Assembly: GCA_025933855.1 (NCBI GenBank)
Contig: JAICZD010000001.1
Coordinates: 1 to 41,051 of the forward strand
Origin: Modestobacter sp.
GTDB taxonomy: Bacteria > Actinomycetota > Actinomycetes > Mycobacteriales > Geodermatophilaceae
Length of the DNA: 41,051 nt
Direction of reading: 5' to 3'
Shown: positions 18,979-29,400 of the stretch, piece by piece
Position numbering within the stretch: the first letter of the stretch is position 1
How the letters are laid out: every line of letters starts with the position of its first letter
Notes under the pieces: model-generated
Told to the model about the DNA's origin: nothing
Databases searched by the model: none
What the model saw: the letters and a program-made list of their open reading frames with translations, nothing else
Program-made: the position numbers and the translations under genes

Positions 18979-20351
18979 GCGACGTGGTGTTCCCGGCGGC
19001 CGCCGAGCTGCTCGCCGGGCTGGCCGAGTACGTGGCGATCCCCAGCGACAGCCGCAGCGCCTCCCCGCAGACCATGCGGGCGGCCGCGGACTGGCTGGCG
19101 GCGCGGCTGTCCTGGGCCGCCGGCCGGGTCGAGGAGACCGACGGGTTCCCGGTCGTCCGCGCCGAATGGCTGGGCGCCCCGGGTGCACCCACCGTGCTGG
19201 TGTACGGCCACTACGACGTGCAGCCCACCGGCGACCTCGCCGAGTGGCGCACTCCGCCGTTCGAGCTGGTCGTGGACGGTGAGGTCGTGCGCGGCCGCGG
19301 GGTCACCGACGACAAGGGCCCGGTCCTGCTGGTGCTGGAGATGGCCCGGGCGGTGCTGGCCCAGCGCGGCACCCTGCCGGTGAACGTGAAGTTCCTCATC
19401 GAGGGCGAGGAGGAGATCGGCAGCCCGCACCTGCCGGCCCACGTGCGGGCGCACGCCGCCGAGCTGGCCGCGGACCTGGTCATCTCCGCCGACGGCGCGA
19501 TGTGGCGGCCCGGCGAGCCGTCGATCGCCATCGCCTCCAAGGGCCTGGTCGGTCTGGACGTCGTCGTCACCGGCGCGGCCGAGGACCTGCACTCCGGCCG
19601 GTACGGCGGCACCGTGGCCAACCCGGTGCATGCGCTCGCCAGCATCCTGGCCGGCCTGCACACCCCCGACGGCCGGGTCGCCGTCCCCGGCTTCTACGAC
19701 GGCGTCGACGAGCTGTCGCCGCAGCGGCGGGCGGAGATCGACGCGGTGCGCTTCGACGAGGAGGGGTACCGCGCGAGCCTCGGTGTTCCGGAGCTGTTCG
19801 GTGAGGCCGGCTACGGCACCCTGCACCGGCTGTGGGAACGCCCCACGCTGGAGGTCAACGGCCTCACCGCCGGCGGCAAGTACACCGTCATCCCGCACCG
19901 CGCCGTGGGGCACGTGTCCTGCCGGCTGGTCGGCCGGCAGGATCCCGACCGGGTCGCCGCCGCCGTCGCCGCGCACGTCGCCGCACTGGCCCCGCCCGGC
20001 GTCCGGGTCGAGGTGCGGGTCGACGAGGGGCGGGTGCCGGCCTACCGGATCGAGCCCGGCCACCCGGCGGTCACCGCGGCCCGCGAGGCGCTGGCCGAGG
20101 TCTATCCGGGGCAGGAGGTGCTGCTGGCCGTGATCGCCGGAACGCTGCCGGCGACCACGCTGTTCGAGTCCGCGCTGGGCGCCAGGACGCTGTTCTTCTC
20201 CTTCGCGACCGCCGACGAGAAGCACCACGCGCCCAACGAGTTCCTGCGCATCCGCCGGCTCGGCGAGGGCATGCGCGCCTGGGCGGCGCTGTGGGACCGG
20301 CTGGCCTCCTGGACCCCGGCCACCTGCATCCCGGACGGGGCGGCGCGATGA
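18975..20351 (+). CDS. M20 family dipeptidase (Dug1/CNDP-like)
   Basis: ATGA overlap. Motifs VYGHYDVQP, GRGVTDDKG, EGEEEIGS, DLHSG.YGG, HAPNE. Confidence 0.93.
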   Translation: MSDVVFPAAAELLAGLAEYVAIPSDSRSASPQTMRAAADWLAARLSWAAGRVEETDGFPVVRAEWLGAPGAPTVLVYGHYDVQPTGDLAEWRTPPFELVVDGEVVRGRGVTDDKGPVLLVLEMARAVLAQRGTLPVNVKFLIEGEEEIGSPHLPAHVRAHAAELAADLVISADGAMWRPGEPSIAIASKGLVGLDVVVTGAAEDLHSGRYGGTVANPVHALASILAGLHTPDGRVAVPGFYDGVDELSPQRRAEIDAVRFDEEGYRASLGVPELFGEAGYGTLHRLWERPTLEVNGLTAGGKYTVIPHRAVGHVSCRLVGRQDPDRVAAAVAAHVAALAPPGVRVEVRVDEGRVPAYRIEPGHPAVTAAREALAEVYPGQEVLLAVIAGTLPATTLFESALGARTLFFSFATADEKHHAPNEFLRIRRLGEGMRAWAALWDRLASWTPATCIPDGAAR

Positions 20352-21532
20352 GCACCTACCGCTCCTACGACTACCTGGACGGCGACCTCGGCCTGCCGGT
20401 GGTGCCGCTGGCGCCGGAGTTCGGCCGGGTGCCGCCCTGGCGCAGTGACGTTCCCGCCGAGCAGGTCGCCCGGGCCGAGCGGCTGCTCGCGGAGAACATC
20501 ACCATCAGCCTGCACGACCACCCGGTGCTCTTCCCGGCCGACATGGCCGACACCCCGCGGTACAACCGCACCGGCCGGCAGCACACCGCCTTCGCCGGGC
20601 TGCGGGCCGCCGGGCTGACCGTCGTCTTCGACAACATGATGGACGGCACCGCCTGCGTCACCGGCAACGCGCCCTGGCAGTGGGACGACGTCGTCACCGA
20701 CCTGGGCATGCGGCTGGCCGACCTCGCCCACCAGCCCGACGTGGTCGTCGTCCGCACGGTGGCGGACATCGAGGCCGCGCACGCCGACGGGCGGGTGGGC
20801 CTGGTGTTCGGGCTGGAGGCGGCCACCCCCATCGGCAACGACCTGGACAAGCTCGACGTGCTCTACGGGCTGGGCATCCGGCAGATCGGGATCGCCTATT
20901 CCGACGCCAACGCGCTGGGCTCCGGGCTGAACGAGACGGTGGACGGCGGGCTGACCGCGCTCGGCCGGCGCGCGGTGCGCCGGATGAACCAGCTCGGGCT
21001 GGCCGTCGACGTCTCGCACTCCTCCGACCGCACCGGCATCGACGCCTGCGCGGCGTCCGACCGGCCGGTGCTGATCACCCACGCCGGCGCGCGGGCGGTC
21101 TGGGACATCCCCCGGCTCAAGCGCGACGACGTGCTGCGCGCGGTCGCGGACACCGGTGGGGTGATCGGCATGTCCGCGGCGCCGCACACCACCGTCTCGC
21201 ACGCCCACCCCCGGCACAGCATCGCCTCGGTGATGGACCACTTCTCCTACTGCCTCGACCTGGTCGGCATCGACGCGGTCGGCTTCGGCCCGGACACCCT
21301 CTACGGCGACCACGTCGGGCTGCACACGGTGTTCGCCGGGCTGCTGGCCGCCGCACCCCGCCCGGAGGCCCCCGTTCCCGAGCGGGTGCGCTACGTCGAG
21401 GGGCTGGAGAACCCGACGGAGAACTTCCACAACCTCGCCGCCTGGCTGGTGCGGGACGGGTTCACCGACGAGGAGATCGTCAAGGTGCTGGGCGGCAACG
21501 TGCTGCGCGCTCTCCGGTCCATCTGGATCTGA
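20348..21532 (+). CDS. M19 membrane/renal-dipeptidase family
   Basis: ATGA overlap. Motifs SLHDH, FGLEAA, DGGLT.LGR.AVRRMN.LG..VDVSH, ITHAGAR, VGFGPD, KVLGGN.LR. Confidence 0.92.
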   Translation: MSTYRSYDYLDGDLGLPVVPLAPEFGRVPPWRSDVPAEQVARAERLLAENITISLHDHPVLFPADMADTPRYNRTGRQHTAFAGLRAAGLTVVFDNMMDGTACVTGNAPWQWDDVVTDLGMRLADLAHQPDVVVVRTVADIEAAHADGRVGLVFGLEAATPIGNDLDKLDVLYGLGIRQIGIAYSDANALGSGLNETVDGGLTALGRRAVRRMNQLGLAVDVSHSSDRTGIDACAASDRPVLITHAGARAVWDIPRLKRDDVLRAVADTGGVIGMSAAPHTTVSHAHPRHSIASVMDHFSYCLDLVGIDAVGFGPDTLYGDHVGLHTVFAGLLAAAPRPEAPVPERVRYVEGLENPTENFHNLAAWLVRDGFTDEEIVKVLGGNVLRALRSIWI

Positions 21533-21715
21533 CCGGGGACCGGGGACCGAAGGACAGCCCGGCCGACGTGGCCCGGCAGGGCTTCGAGGCCCTGATGGCC
21601 GGGGAGAAGAAGGTGGTCGCCGCCGCCCTGGTCGTCAAGGCCCAGGAGGCGCTGAACAAGGTGGTCCCCGACACCGTCGAGGCGCTGGGCGACCGGGCGA
21701 CGGCCAAGCCCCGGA
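21533..21715 (+). pseudogene. C-terminal remnant of an SDR oxidoreductase
   Basis: GPKDSPADVARQGFEALMAGEKKVVAAALVVKAQEALNKVVPD resembles the recalled C-terminus (KDDPA.VA..GFEALM.G...VV) of a common actinobacterial SDR group. The Rossmann and catalytic parts are missing. A GACCGGG tandem repeat sits at the junction (21531-21549). Confidence 0.65.
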
Positions 21716-21829
21716 ACCGCCTGCCCAACCGACCCACCGTGCGCCCGAGCACCACCCGGTGCGGTCCCCGGCCGGATGCCGGAGGAAACTCACCGCGAAC
21801 CGAACGGCGCGCGCAGTGAGGAGATCGAT

Positions 21830-22192
21830 GTGAGCAGCCCCGGGCCCGACGGGTCGCCGGCGCAGCGGAAGCGGACCAGGTGGCTGCCGATCGCCGGTGG
21901 TCTGCTCGGCGTCCTCGTGCTGCTCGGGGTGCTGGTCGCCGTCCTCGGGAACGACGATCCGGAGGTGGGTGACTGCGTCACTCCGGAGGGCACCCGCTAC
22001 ACGGCCGTGGACTGTGATGCCCCCGAGGCCCAGTACCGGGTCGTCGGTACCGACGACGACCGGACCGGCACCGAGTTCGAGGCCACGCCGGCGGAAGGCA
22101 TGTGCACCGACGTACCGTCCACCACGGTCGTGCTCTGGTCCGGCGACGGGCAGGACGAGGACGGCCAGGTCCTCTGCGCCGCCGCCATCTGA
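21830..22192 (+). CDS. Small membrane-anchored Cys-containing protein (LppU/SCO3897-like)
   Basis: RBS GAGGAG before GTG 21830. One TM helix, then a four-Cys pattern VGDCV..VDC....AQYRVV..C..VLC. Confidence 0.7.
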   Translation: MSSPGPDGSPAQRKRTRWLPIAGGLLGVLVLLGVLVAVLGNDDPEVGDCVTPEGTRYTAVDCDAPEAQYRVVGTDDDRTGTEFEATPAEGMCTDVPSTTVVLWSGDGQDEDGQVLCAAAI

Positions 22193-22252
22193 GCCAGCAC
22201 GATCTTCCGGCCCACGGCAGCCGCGGACGGTCCCGGCTGGCACAGTAGGAAC

Positions 22253-23470
22253 ATGGACGACGTCGTCATCTGCTCCCCGGTCCGCACCCCGGTCGGCCGC
22301 TTCGGCGGGGTCTTCGCCGGGCTGTCCGCCAACCAGCTCGCGGCCACCATCCTGCGCGGGCTGGTCGAGCGCACCGGCCTGGCCGAGGGCGAGGTCGACG
22401 ACGTCATCCTCGGCAACTGCAGCCCGAGCGGTGAGAACCCGGCCATCGGCCGGATCGCCGCCCTGGACGCCGGGCTGGGCGTGACGGTTCCCGGGCTGCA
22501 GATCGACCGGCGCTGCGGCTCGGGCCTGCAGGCGGTGATCTACGCGGCCATGCAGGTCGCCGCCGGCGCCGGAAAGGTCGTCGTCGCCGGCGGCGTGGAG
22601 TCGATGAGCAACGTCGAGCACTACGCCCTGGGGCTGCGCACCGGGGTCAGGGGTGACGGGGTGATGCTGCACGACCGGCTGGCCCGGGCCCGGGAGACCG
22701 CCGGCGGCATCGACCACCCGGTGCCCGGCGGGATGCTCGAGACCGCGGAGAACGTGCGGCGCGAGCACGGCATCGACCGGCTCGAGCAGGACGCCTGGGC
22801 GCTGCGGTCGCAGCAGGCGGCGGGTGCGGCGATCCGGGAGGGCCGCTTCAAGGAGGAGATCATCGGCGTGGAGGTGCCCGGCACCCGCAAGACGCCGGCG
22901 CGCGTGGTGACCGAGGACGAGCACCCCCGTCCCGACACCACCATGGCGGATCTGGCGAAGCTGCGGCCGGTGATGGGCCGGGTCGACCCGGAGGCCACCG
23001 TGACCGCCGGCAACGCGTCCGGGCAGAACGACGGCGCGGCCGTCTGCCTCGTCACCACCCGGGCCGAGGCCGACCGCCGCGGCTGGGAGCCGATGGTGCG
23101 GCTGACCGGCTGGGCGGTGGCGGGCGTGCCGCCGGAGACGATGGGCATCGGCCCGGTCCCCGCGACGGCGAAGGTGCTGGAGCAGACCGGGCTCACGCTG
23201 GCGGACATGGACCTCATCGAGCTCAACGAGGCCTTCGCCAGCCAGGTGCTCGCCTGCCTCAACGCGTGGGAGCTCGGCACCGAGGACCGGGAGCGGGTCA
23301 ACGTCAACGGGTCGGGCATCTCGCTCGGCCACCCGGTCGGCGCCACCGGCGCGCGCATCCTGGCCACGCTGGCGCACGAGTTGCGCCGCCGCGAGGCCCG
23401 CTACGGCCTGGAGACCATGTGCATCGGCGGGGGGCAGGGCCTGGCCGCCGTCTTCGAGCGCGTCAGCTGA
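22253..23470 (+). CDS. Acetyl-CoA C-acyltransferase (thiolase)
   Basis: RTPVGRFGG, RRCGSGLQA, NEAFA, GHPVGATG, MCIGGGQG. Confidence 0.95.
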   Translation: MDDVVICSPVRTPVGRFGGVFAGLSANQLAATILRGLVERTGLAEGEVDDVILGNCSPSGENPAIGRIAALDAGLGVTVPGLQIDRRCGSGLQAVIYAAMQVAAGAGKVVVAGGVESMSNVEHYALGLRTGVRGDGVMLHDRLARARETAGGIDHPVPGGMLETAENVRREHGIDRLEQDAWALRSQQAAGAAIREGRFKEEIIGVEVPGTRKTPARVVTEDEHPRPDTTMADLAKLRPVMGRVDPEATVTAGNASGQNDGAAVCLVTTRAEADRRGWEPMVRLTGWAVAGVPPETMGIGPVPATAKVLEQTGLTLADMDLIELNEAFASQVLACLNAWELGTEDRERVNVNGSGISLGHPVGATGARILATLAHELRRREARYGLETMCIGGGQGLAAVFERVS

Positions 23471-23687
23471 CCCCGCGGCGGCTGCTCCCCGACGGAGCAC
23501 CGCGCTCCGGTAGCCGCACCGCCCGGGACCCGTGGCCGGGTGTCCGGCTGCCACCGGCGGGGTACCTCCACGGAACGCCTCCGATTGCGCCGCCGCCGCG
23601 GTGTGGTTGTGTGGGAGCAACAGCTGGCCCGCCCGGGCCCGGGGACACGACCCGGCCGGCCGAGCCGCGTCCAGACGAGGAGACCCT

Positions 23688-23747
23688 GTGGCTGAGCCCC
23701 GATCCGACCGCGCCGCACGCCCGGCCGCCGCCCGGTGGGCGGCATGA
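23688..23747 (+). CDS. Possible 19-aa leader ORF coupled to phaC
   Basis: RBS GAGGAGA, then GTG-AEPRSDRAARPAAARWAA-TGA. The stop overlaps the phaC ATG (ATGA). Confidence 0.35.
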   Translation: MAEPRSDRAARPAAARWAA

Positions 23748-25534
23748 GCGCCGCGCCCCGGCAGGACCGCGACCGGCGTCCGGAGCAGCCCGCCGGCTCC
23801 GCGGCCGAGGCCGTTCCGGCCTCCGCGTCGGCCGCGGGCGGCGCGCCGGACGGCGAGCCGGAGCGGGTCGCCGAGGCCGCCACCGGGCTGGACATGATCC
23901 TCACCGACGCCGCGCTCGGCCCGGTGCGCCGGTTGCTGCCACCGGTCGGCACCGGGCTGCGCTTCGTCGCCGGGCTGGCCCGGCACCGCGACTCGGTGCT
24001 GTCGCACACCGGCGAGCTGGTCGGCGAGATCGGCCGGATCGGCCTGGGCCGCTCGGAGGTGGCGCCGGCGCCCAAGGACAAGCGCTACACCGACCCGGCC
24101 TGGTCGGGGAACCCGCTGCTGAAGCGGGTCATGCAGGCGCACCTGGCCGCCGCCAGGACGGCGACGCAGCTCGTCGACGACGCCGGGCTGCCGTGGGCCG
24201 ACGACGAGCGGATCCGCTTCTCGGTGACCAACATCGTCGAGGCGCTGGCGCCGAGCAACAGCCCGCTGCTCAACCCGCTGGGCTGGAAGACGGCCATCGA
24301 CACCGGCGGGCGCAACGTGGTGGTCGGCACCAAGCAGCTGGTCCGCGACCTGTCCTCGAAGCCGCGGGTCCCCGCGATGGTGGAGCCGGACGCCTTCGAG
24401 GTCGGCAAGGACGTCGCGGTCACCCCCGGGGTGGTCGTCTTCCGCACGCCGGTGTTCGAGCTGATCCAGTACCAGCCCACCACGCCGACCGTGCACGCCG
24501 TTCCGCTGGTCATGGTGCCGCCGACGATCAACAAGTACTACATCGCCGACCTGGCGCCCGGGCGCAGCATCGTCGAGCACGTCGTCGGCGGCGGGCAGCA
24601 GGTCTTCATGATGTCCTGGCGCAACCCCGACGCCCGGCACGCCGACTGGGGCCTGGACACCTACGGCCAGGCGATCCTGGACGCGATGGCCGCCGCCGAG
24701 CGGATCACCGGCAGCTCGCAGACCAACCTGATGTCCTTCTGCTCCGGCGGCATCATCACCGCGATGGTGCTCGGCCACCTCGCCGCCATCGGCGAGCAGG
24801 ACCGGGTCTCCTCCGCGTGCTTCGCGGTGACCGTGCTCGACCAGGCCCGCAGCGGGACGACGGGTGCCTTCCTGGACGAGAAGTCCGCCGAGGCCGCGAC
24901 CCGGGCGTCGGCGAAGAAGGGCTACCTGGACGGCGCGACGCTGGCCGAGGTGTTCGCCTGGCTGCGGCCCAACGACCTGATCTGGAACTACTGGGTCAAC
25001 AACTACCTGCAGGGCAAGCCACCGGCCGCCTTCGACATCCTGTACTGGAACGCCGACACCACCCGGATGGCCGCCGCCCTGCATCGCGGCTTCCTGGACC
25101 TGGCGGTGCACAACTCGCTCACCCGGCCGGGCGCGGCCACCATGCTCGGCACTCCGATCGACCTGTCCGCCGTCACGGTCGACAGCTACATCCTGGCCGG
25201 CATCGCCGACCACCTGTGCCCGTGGCAGTCCTGCTACGCCAGCACCCAGCTGCTCGGCGGCGACACCCGGTTCGTGCTGTCCACCAGCGGCCACATCGCC
25301 TCGCTGGTCAATCCGCCGACGAACCCCAAGTCCACCTGGCGGACGGCCACCCCGAACACCCCGGACCCCGAGGAGTGGCTCGCGTCGGCCCACACCGAGA
25401 AGGGCTCGTGGTGGACCGACTACAGCAACTGGCTGGAGACACGGTCGGGCAAGGAGATCGACCCACCGAGTGAGCTGAACGGCGGCGAGCCGGTCCTGGG
25501 CGCAGCACCTGGCAGTTATATCTTCGACAAGTGA
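23744..25534 (+). CDS. phaC: Polyhydroxyalkanoate synthase, class II-like
   Basis: Motifs VTPG.VV.R..FELIQY, PPTINKYYIADL, lipase-box variant SFCSGG, WLRPNDLIWNYWVNNYL, FDILYWNAD, DH.CPW, SGHIASLVNPP. Alternative start GTG 23735. Confidence 0.93.
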   Translation: MSAAPRQDRDRRPEQPAGSAAEAVPASASAAGGAPDGEPERVAEAATGLDMILTDAALGPVRRLLPPVGTGLRFVAGLARHRDSVLSHTGELVGEIGRIGLGRSEVAPAPKDKRYTDPAWSGNPLLKRVMQAHLAAARTATQLVDDAGLPWADDERIRFSVTNIVEALAPSNSPLLNPLGWKTAIDTGGRNVVVGTKQLVRDLSSKPRVPAMVEPDAFEVGKDVAVTPGVVVFRTPVFELIQYQPTTPTVHAVPLVMVPPTINKYYIADLAPGRSIVEHVVGGGQQVFMMSWRNPDARHADWGLDTYGQAILDAMAAAERITGSSQTNLMSFCSGGIITAMVLGHLAAIGEQDRVSSACFAVTVLDQARSGTTGAFLDEKSAEAATRASAKKGYLDGATLAEVFAWLRPNDLIWNYWVNNYLQGKPPAAFDILYWNADTTRMAAALHRGFLDLAVHNSLTRPGAATMLGTPIDLSAVTVDSYILAGIADHLCPWQSCYASTQLLGGDTRFVLSTSGHIASLVNPPTNPKSTWRTATPNTPDPEEWLASAHTEKGSWWTDYSNWLETRSGKEIDPPSELNGGEPVLGAAPGSYIFDK

Positions 25535-26367
25535 CAGAGCGGATGTCAGCCGACACGTTCGGTGAGCAAGCGACCCTGCGGACCCTGACGGTGTGCGGGC
25601 GGACGCTGCGGGTCAGCGTCCGCCCGGGAGACGGCTCACTGCCACCGCTGCTGCTGATGAACGGGATCGGCGCCAGTCTGGAGGTGCTGCAGCCCTTCGT
25701 GGATGCGCTGGACCCACGGCGGGAGGTGATCCGCTTCGACGTCCCCGGCGTAGGGGGCTCGCCCCGGCCGGTGATGCCCTACACGATGGCGACCTTCACC
25801 CCCGTGGTGGCCGGCCTGCTCACCCAGCTCGGTCACCGGGACCCGGTGGACGTCCTCGGGTTCTCCTGGGGCGGCGGCCTGGCGCAGCAGTTCGCCGTGC
25901 AGTACCGCAGGCGCTGCCGGCGGCTGGTGCTGGCAGCGACCGGTATGGGGTCGCTGATGGTGCCGGCGCACCCACGGGTGCTGTCGAAGATGCTCACCCC
26001 CCGGCGGCACCGCGATCCCGGCTACGCCCGGTGGATCGCCGGGGAGATCTACGGCGGCACCATGCGGCAGCACCCGGAACGCGCGGCGCAGGTGCTGCAC
26101 TCGGACTCCCGGCTGGGCCCGCGGCGCGGGTACTACTACCAGCTCGTCGCCGGTGCGGGCTGGACGAGCCTGCCGCTGCTGCCGATGATCAAGCAGCCCA
26201 CGCTGGTGATCGCCGGGGACGACGACCCGATCATCCCGGCGGCCAATCCGCGGGTGATGGCCCGGCTCATCCCGAACGCGCAGCTGCACCTGTACCGCGG
26301 CGGCCATCTGGCGCTGGTGACCGAGACGCGTGAGCTCACCCCGGTGGTGGAGCGCTTCCTCGGCTGA
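25531..26367 (+). CDS. phaZ: Intracellular PHA depolymerase (Pseudomonas PhaZ type)
   Basis: GTGA overlap with phaC (or ATG 25543). Motifs NGIGASLE, FDVPGVGGS, GFSWGG, GYYYQL..GWTS, GDDDPIIP..N, GGHL. Confidence 0.9.
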   Translation: MTERMSADTFGEQATLRTLTVCGRTLRVSVRPGDGSLPPLLLMNGIGASLEVLQPFVDALDPRREVIRFDVPGVGGSPRPVMPYTMATFTPVVAGLLTQLGHRDPVDVLGFSWGGGLAQQFAVQYRRRCRRLVLAATGMGSLMVPAHPRVLSKMLTPRRHRDPGYARWIAGEIYGGTMRQHPERAAQVLHSDSRLGPRRGYYYQLVAGAGWTSLPLLPMIKQPTLVIAGDDDPIIPAANPRVMARLIPNAQLHLYRGGHLALVTETRELTPVVERFLG

Positions 26368-26400
26368 GCGCACCACCAGCTGAGCGCACCACCAGCTGAG
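26363..26400 (+). repeat. 16-bp tandem direct repeat
   Basis: GCTGAGCGCACCACCA twice exactly, plus a degenerate third copy GCTGAGggcgtCACCACC. It spans the phaZ stop codon. Confidence 0.85.
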
Positions 26401-26480
26401 GGCGTCACCACCGAACTGTCCGACCCTCGTCCTACGGTCGCCGCACAGCGGTCCGGACGTGGCCGCGTGAAGGAGTGGCC

Positions 26481-29400
26481 GTGTACGAGGCCGACGGCGG
26501 GCTGGTCGTCAGCGCCAGCGACCTGACCGGGTTCCTGGAGTGCGAACACCTGACCCGGCTGTCGCTGGAGGTGGCGCGCGGCCGGCGGCCGCGCCCCACG
26601 GCGACCGACCCGATGACCGAGCTGGTCGCCCGGCACGGCATCGACCACGAGGCGCGCCATCTGCAGCGGCTCCGCGACCGGGGCCTCTCGGTGGTGCAGA
26701 TCGTGCCCCCGGCGGGGAAGGACGCGGCCGCGCTGCGCCAGGCGCAGGCCGACACGCTGGCCGCCATGCGGGCCGGGGCCGACGTCGTCTACCAGGCGAC
26801 CTTCTTCGACGGCGACTGGCGCGGGCACGCCGACTTCCTGCTCAAGCGCGCCGACCGGGTCAGCGACCTGGGCCCGTGGGCCTACGACATCGCCGACACC
26901 AAGCTGGCCCGCCGGATCAAGGTGCCGGCGATCCTGCAGATGGCGGTGTACGGCGACCTGCTGGCCGCGCTGCAGGGCGTGCCGCCCGAGCGGCTCACCG
27001 TGCTCACCGGCGACCAGCAGGAGCTCACCTTCGCCTACGCGGACGCCGAGGCCTACGCCCGCACCGCCCGCGACCGGTTCTCCGCGCGGCTGGCCGACGG
27101 GAACCTGGCCCCGCCCTACCCCAACGCGCACTGCGGCGTCTGCCCCTGGCGGGAGACGTGCACCCAGCGCTGGCGCGAGGAGGACGCGCTGTCGCTGGTC
27201 GCCTTCATGCGCCGCGACCACGCCACCACCCTGACCGAGGCCGGCATCGCCACGGTCGCCGAGCTGGCCGCCCGGCGGCCCGACGAGCTGCCCGATGCGA
27301 TCGGGCGCACCTCCCGGCAGCGGCTGACCCAGCAGGCCCGGCTGCAGCTGGACGAGCGGGTCACCGGGCAGCCGTCCTACGAGTTCCTGCCGCGCGAGCG
27401 CGGCCGGGGCTTCGAGCGGCTGCCGCCGCCCAGCGCCGGCGACCTGTTCTTCGACATCGAGGGCGACCCCTTCGCCGGCGACGCAGGCCTGGAGTACCTG
27501 TGGGGCGTCCTGGACACCCGCAGCCGGTTCACCGCGTTCTGGGGGTGCGACCCGGCCGCCGGCGACCAGTCCGCAGCCGAGCGCCGGGCGTTCGAGGCGC
27601 TGGTCGACCACCTCGCGGCCGCCTACGCCGCCGACCCGTCGATGCACGTCTTCCACTACGCGCCCTACGAGCCGACCCGGCTGAAGACGCTGTCCGCACG
27701 GTTGCAGACCCGGGAGGCCGAGGTCGACCGGCTGCTGCGCGCCGACGTGCTGGTCGACCTGTACGCGGTGGTCCGGCAGGGCCTGCGGCTGTCCAAGGAG
27801 TCCTACTCCATCAAGCAGGTGGAGGACTTCTACCGCGGGCACACCCGGGCCCACGGCGAGCAGGTGTCCGACGCCGGGGAGAGCATCGTCGCGTTCGAGC
27901 GCTGGCTGACCACCCGCGACCAGGCGCTGCTGGACCAGATCGAGGCCTACAACCGGGACGACTGCGTGTCCACCCGCGAGCTGCGCGACTGGCTCGAGGC
28001 CCGCCGCGTCGAACTGCTCGCCGCCGGTGCGCCGCTGGGCCGCCCCGAGGACGGCGACCCCGACGGATCGGCGGAGAACGCCGCCGCGCAGGCGCTGCGG
28101 GAAGACCTCGAGGCCCGGCTGCTCGACGGGCTCCCCGACACCGGCCGCACGCCGGAGCAGCAGGCGACCTGGATGCTCGCCCAGCAGCTGGGCTGGCACG
28201 CCCGTGAGTCCCGGTCGGCCTGGTGGGAGTACTTCCGGCTGCGCGACCTGCAGGCCGACGACCTCGAGCGGGAGACCGCCGCGCTGGGGCCGCTGGCCGA
28301 GCCGCAGCTGGTCGGCGCCCGGCGGCGCTCCCAGCTGTGGCGCTACTCCTTTCCGCCGCAGGAGACCAAGGTGTCCGCGGGCGGCCGGTTCGAGCACCTG
28401 CTGCCCGCCGCCGACGGCACCCGGCCCACCAGCTCGGTGGTCGACGTCGATCCGACCGCCGGCTGGGTGGTGCTGGCGCGCGCCGCCTCGTCGTCGCACG
28501 AGCACCCGACCGGCCTGCTGCCCACGGCGCCGCCGAGCGACACGCTGTTCCGGTCGGCGCTGGCCGCCCTCGGCGAGCAGGTGGCCGGCACCGGCATCGT
28601 CGCGCCCGGCCCGCTCCGTGCCGCCCGCGACCTGCTGCTGCGCTCCGGGCCGCGACTGGTACCCGGAGCGCGGGCCCCGGCGGGGGAGGAGCCGGCCGAC
28701 GCGGTCCGCCGGCTCGCCGGTCAGCTCGACGGCGGGCTGCTGGCGGTGCAGGGCCCGCCCGGCGCCGGCAAGACGCACACCGGCGCCCGTGCCGTCGTCG
28801 ACCTCGTCCGGGCCGGCCGCCGGGTCGGGCTCACCGCCTCCAGCCACAAGGTGATCGGCAACCTGCTCGACGCGGTGATGGCCGCCGCCCGGGAGGCCGG
28901 GGTGCCGGTCCGCGCCGTGCAGAAGGCCGAGGACCTGCAGCGCTGCAGCGATCCCGACGTCGAGTGCGTCGGCTCCAACGGCGACGTGGTGCGCGCGCTG
29001 GACGCCGGCGACGTGGACCTGGTGGCCGGCACCTCGTGGCTGTTCGCCCGCGAGGACCTGGCCGGCCGGCTGGACGTGCTGGTCGTCGACGAGGCCGGCC
29101 AGCTGTCCCTGGCCAACACCCTGGCCGTCAGCCGGGCGGCGGCCAACCTGGTGCTGCTGGGCGATCCGCAGCAGCTGCGCCAGCCCGGCCGGGGGATCCA
29201 CCCCGACGGCGCCGACGTGTCGGCGCTGCAGCACGTCCTCGGCGAGGACGACGTGCTGCGTCCCGACCGCGGCGTCTTCCTCGACCGCAGCTGGCGGATG
29301 GCGCCGGCGCTGTGCCGGGTCGTCTCCGAGCTGTCCTACGGCGGGCAGCTGCAGCCGGCACCGGTCACCGCCGGCAACGTGCTCGACACCCCGCCGCGCT

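Noticed and set aside
26363-26412. Possible mini-CRISPR beside a Cas4-like nuclease
   Set aside because: The repeats are 16 bp, directly tandem with no spacers, and no cas1/cas2 or effector genes are present.
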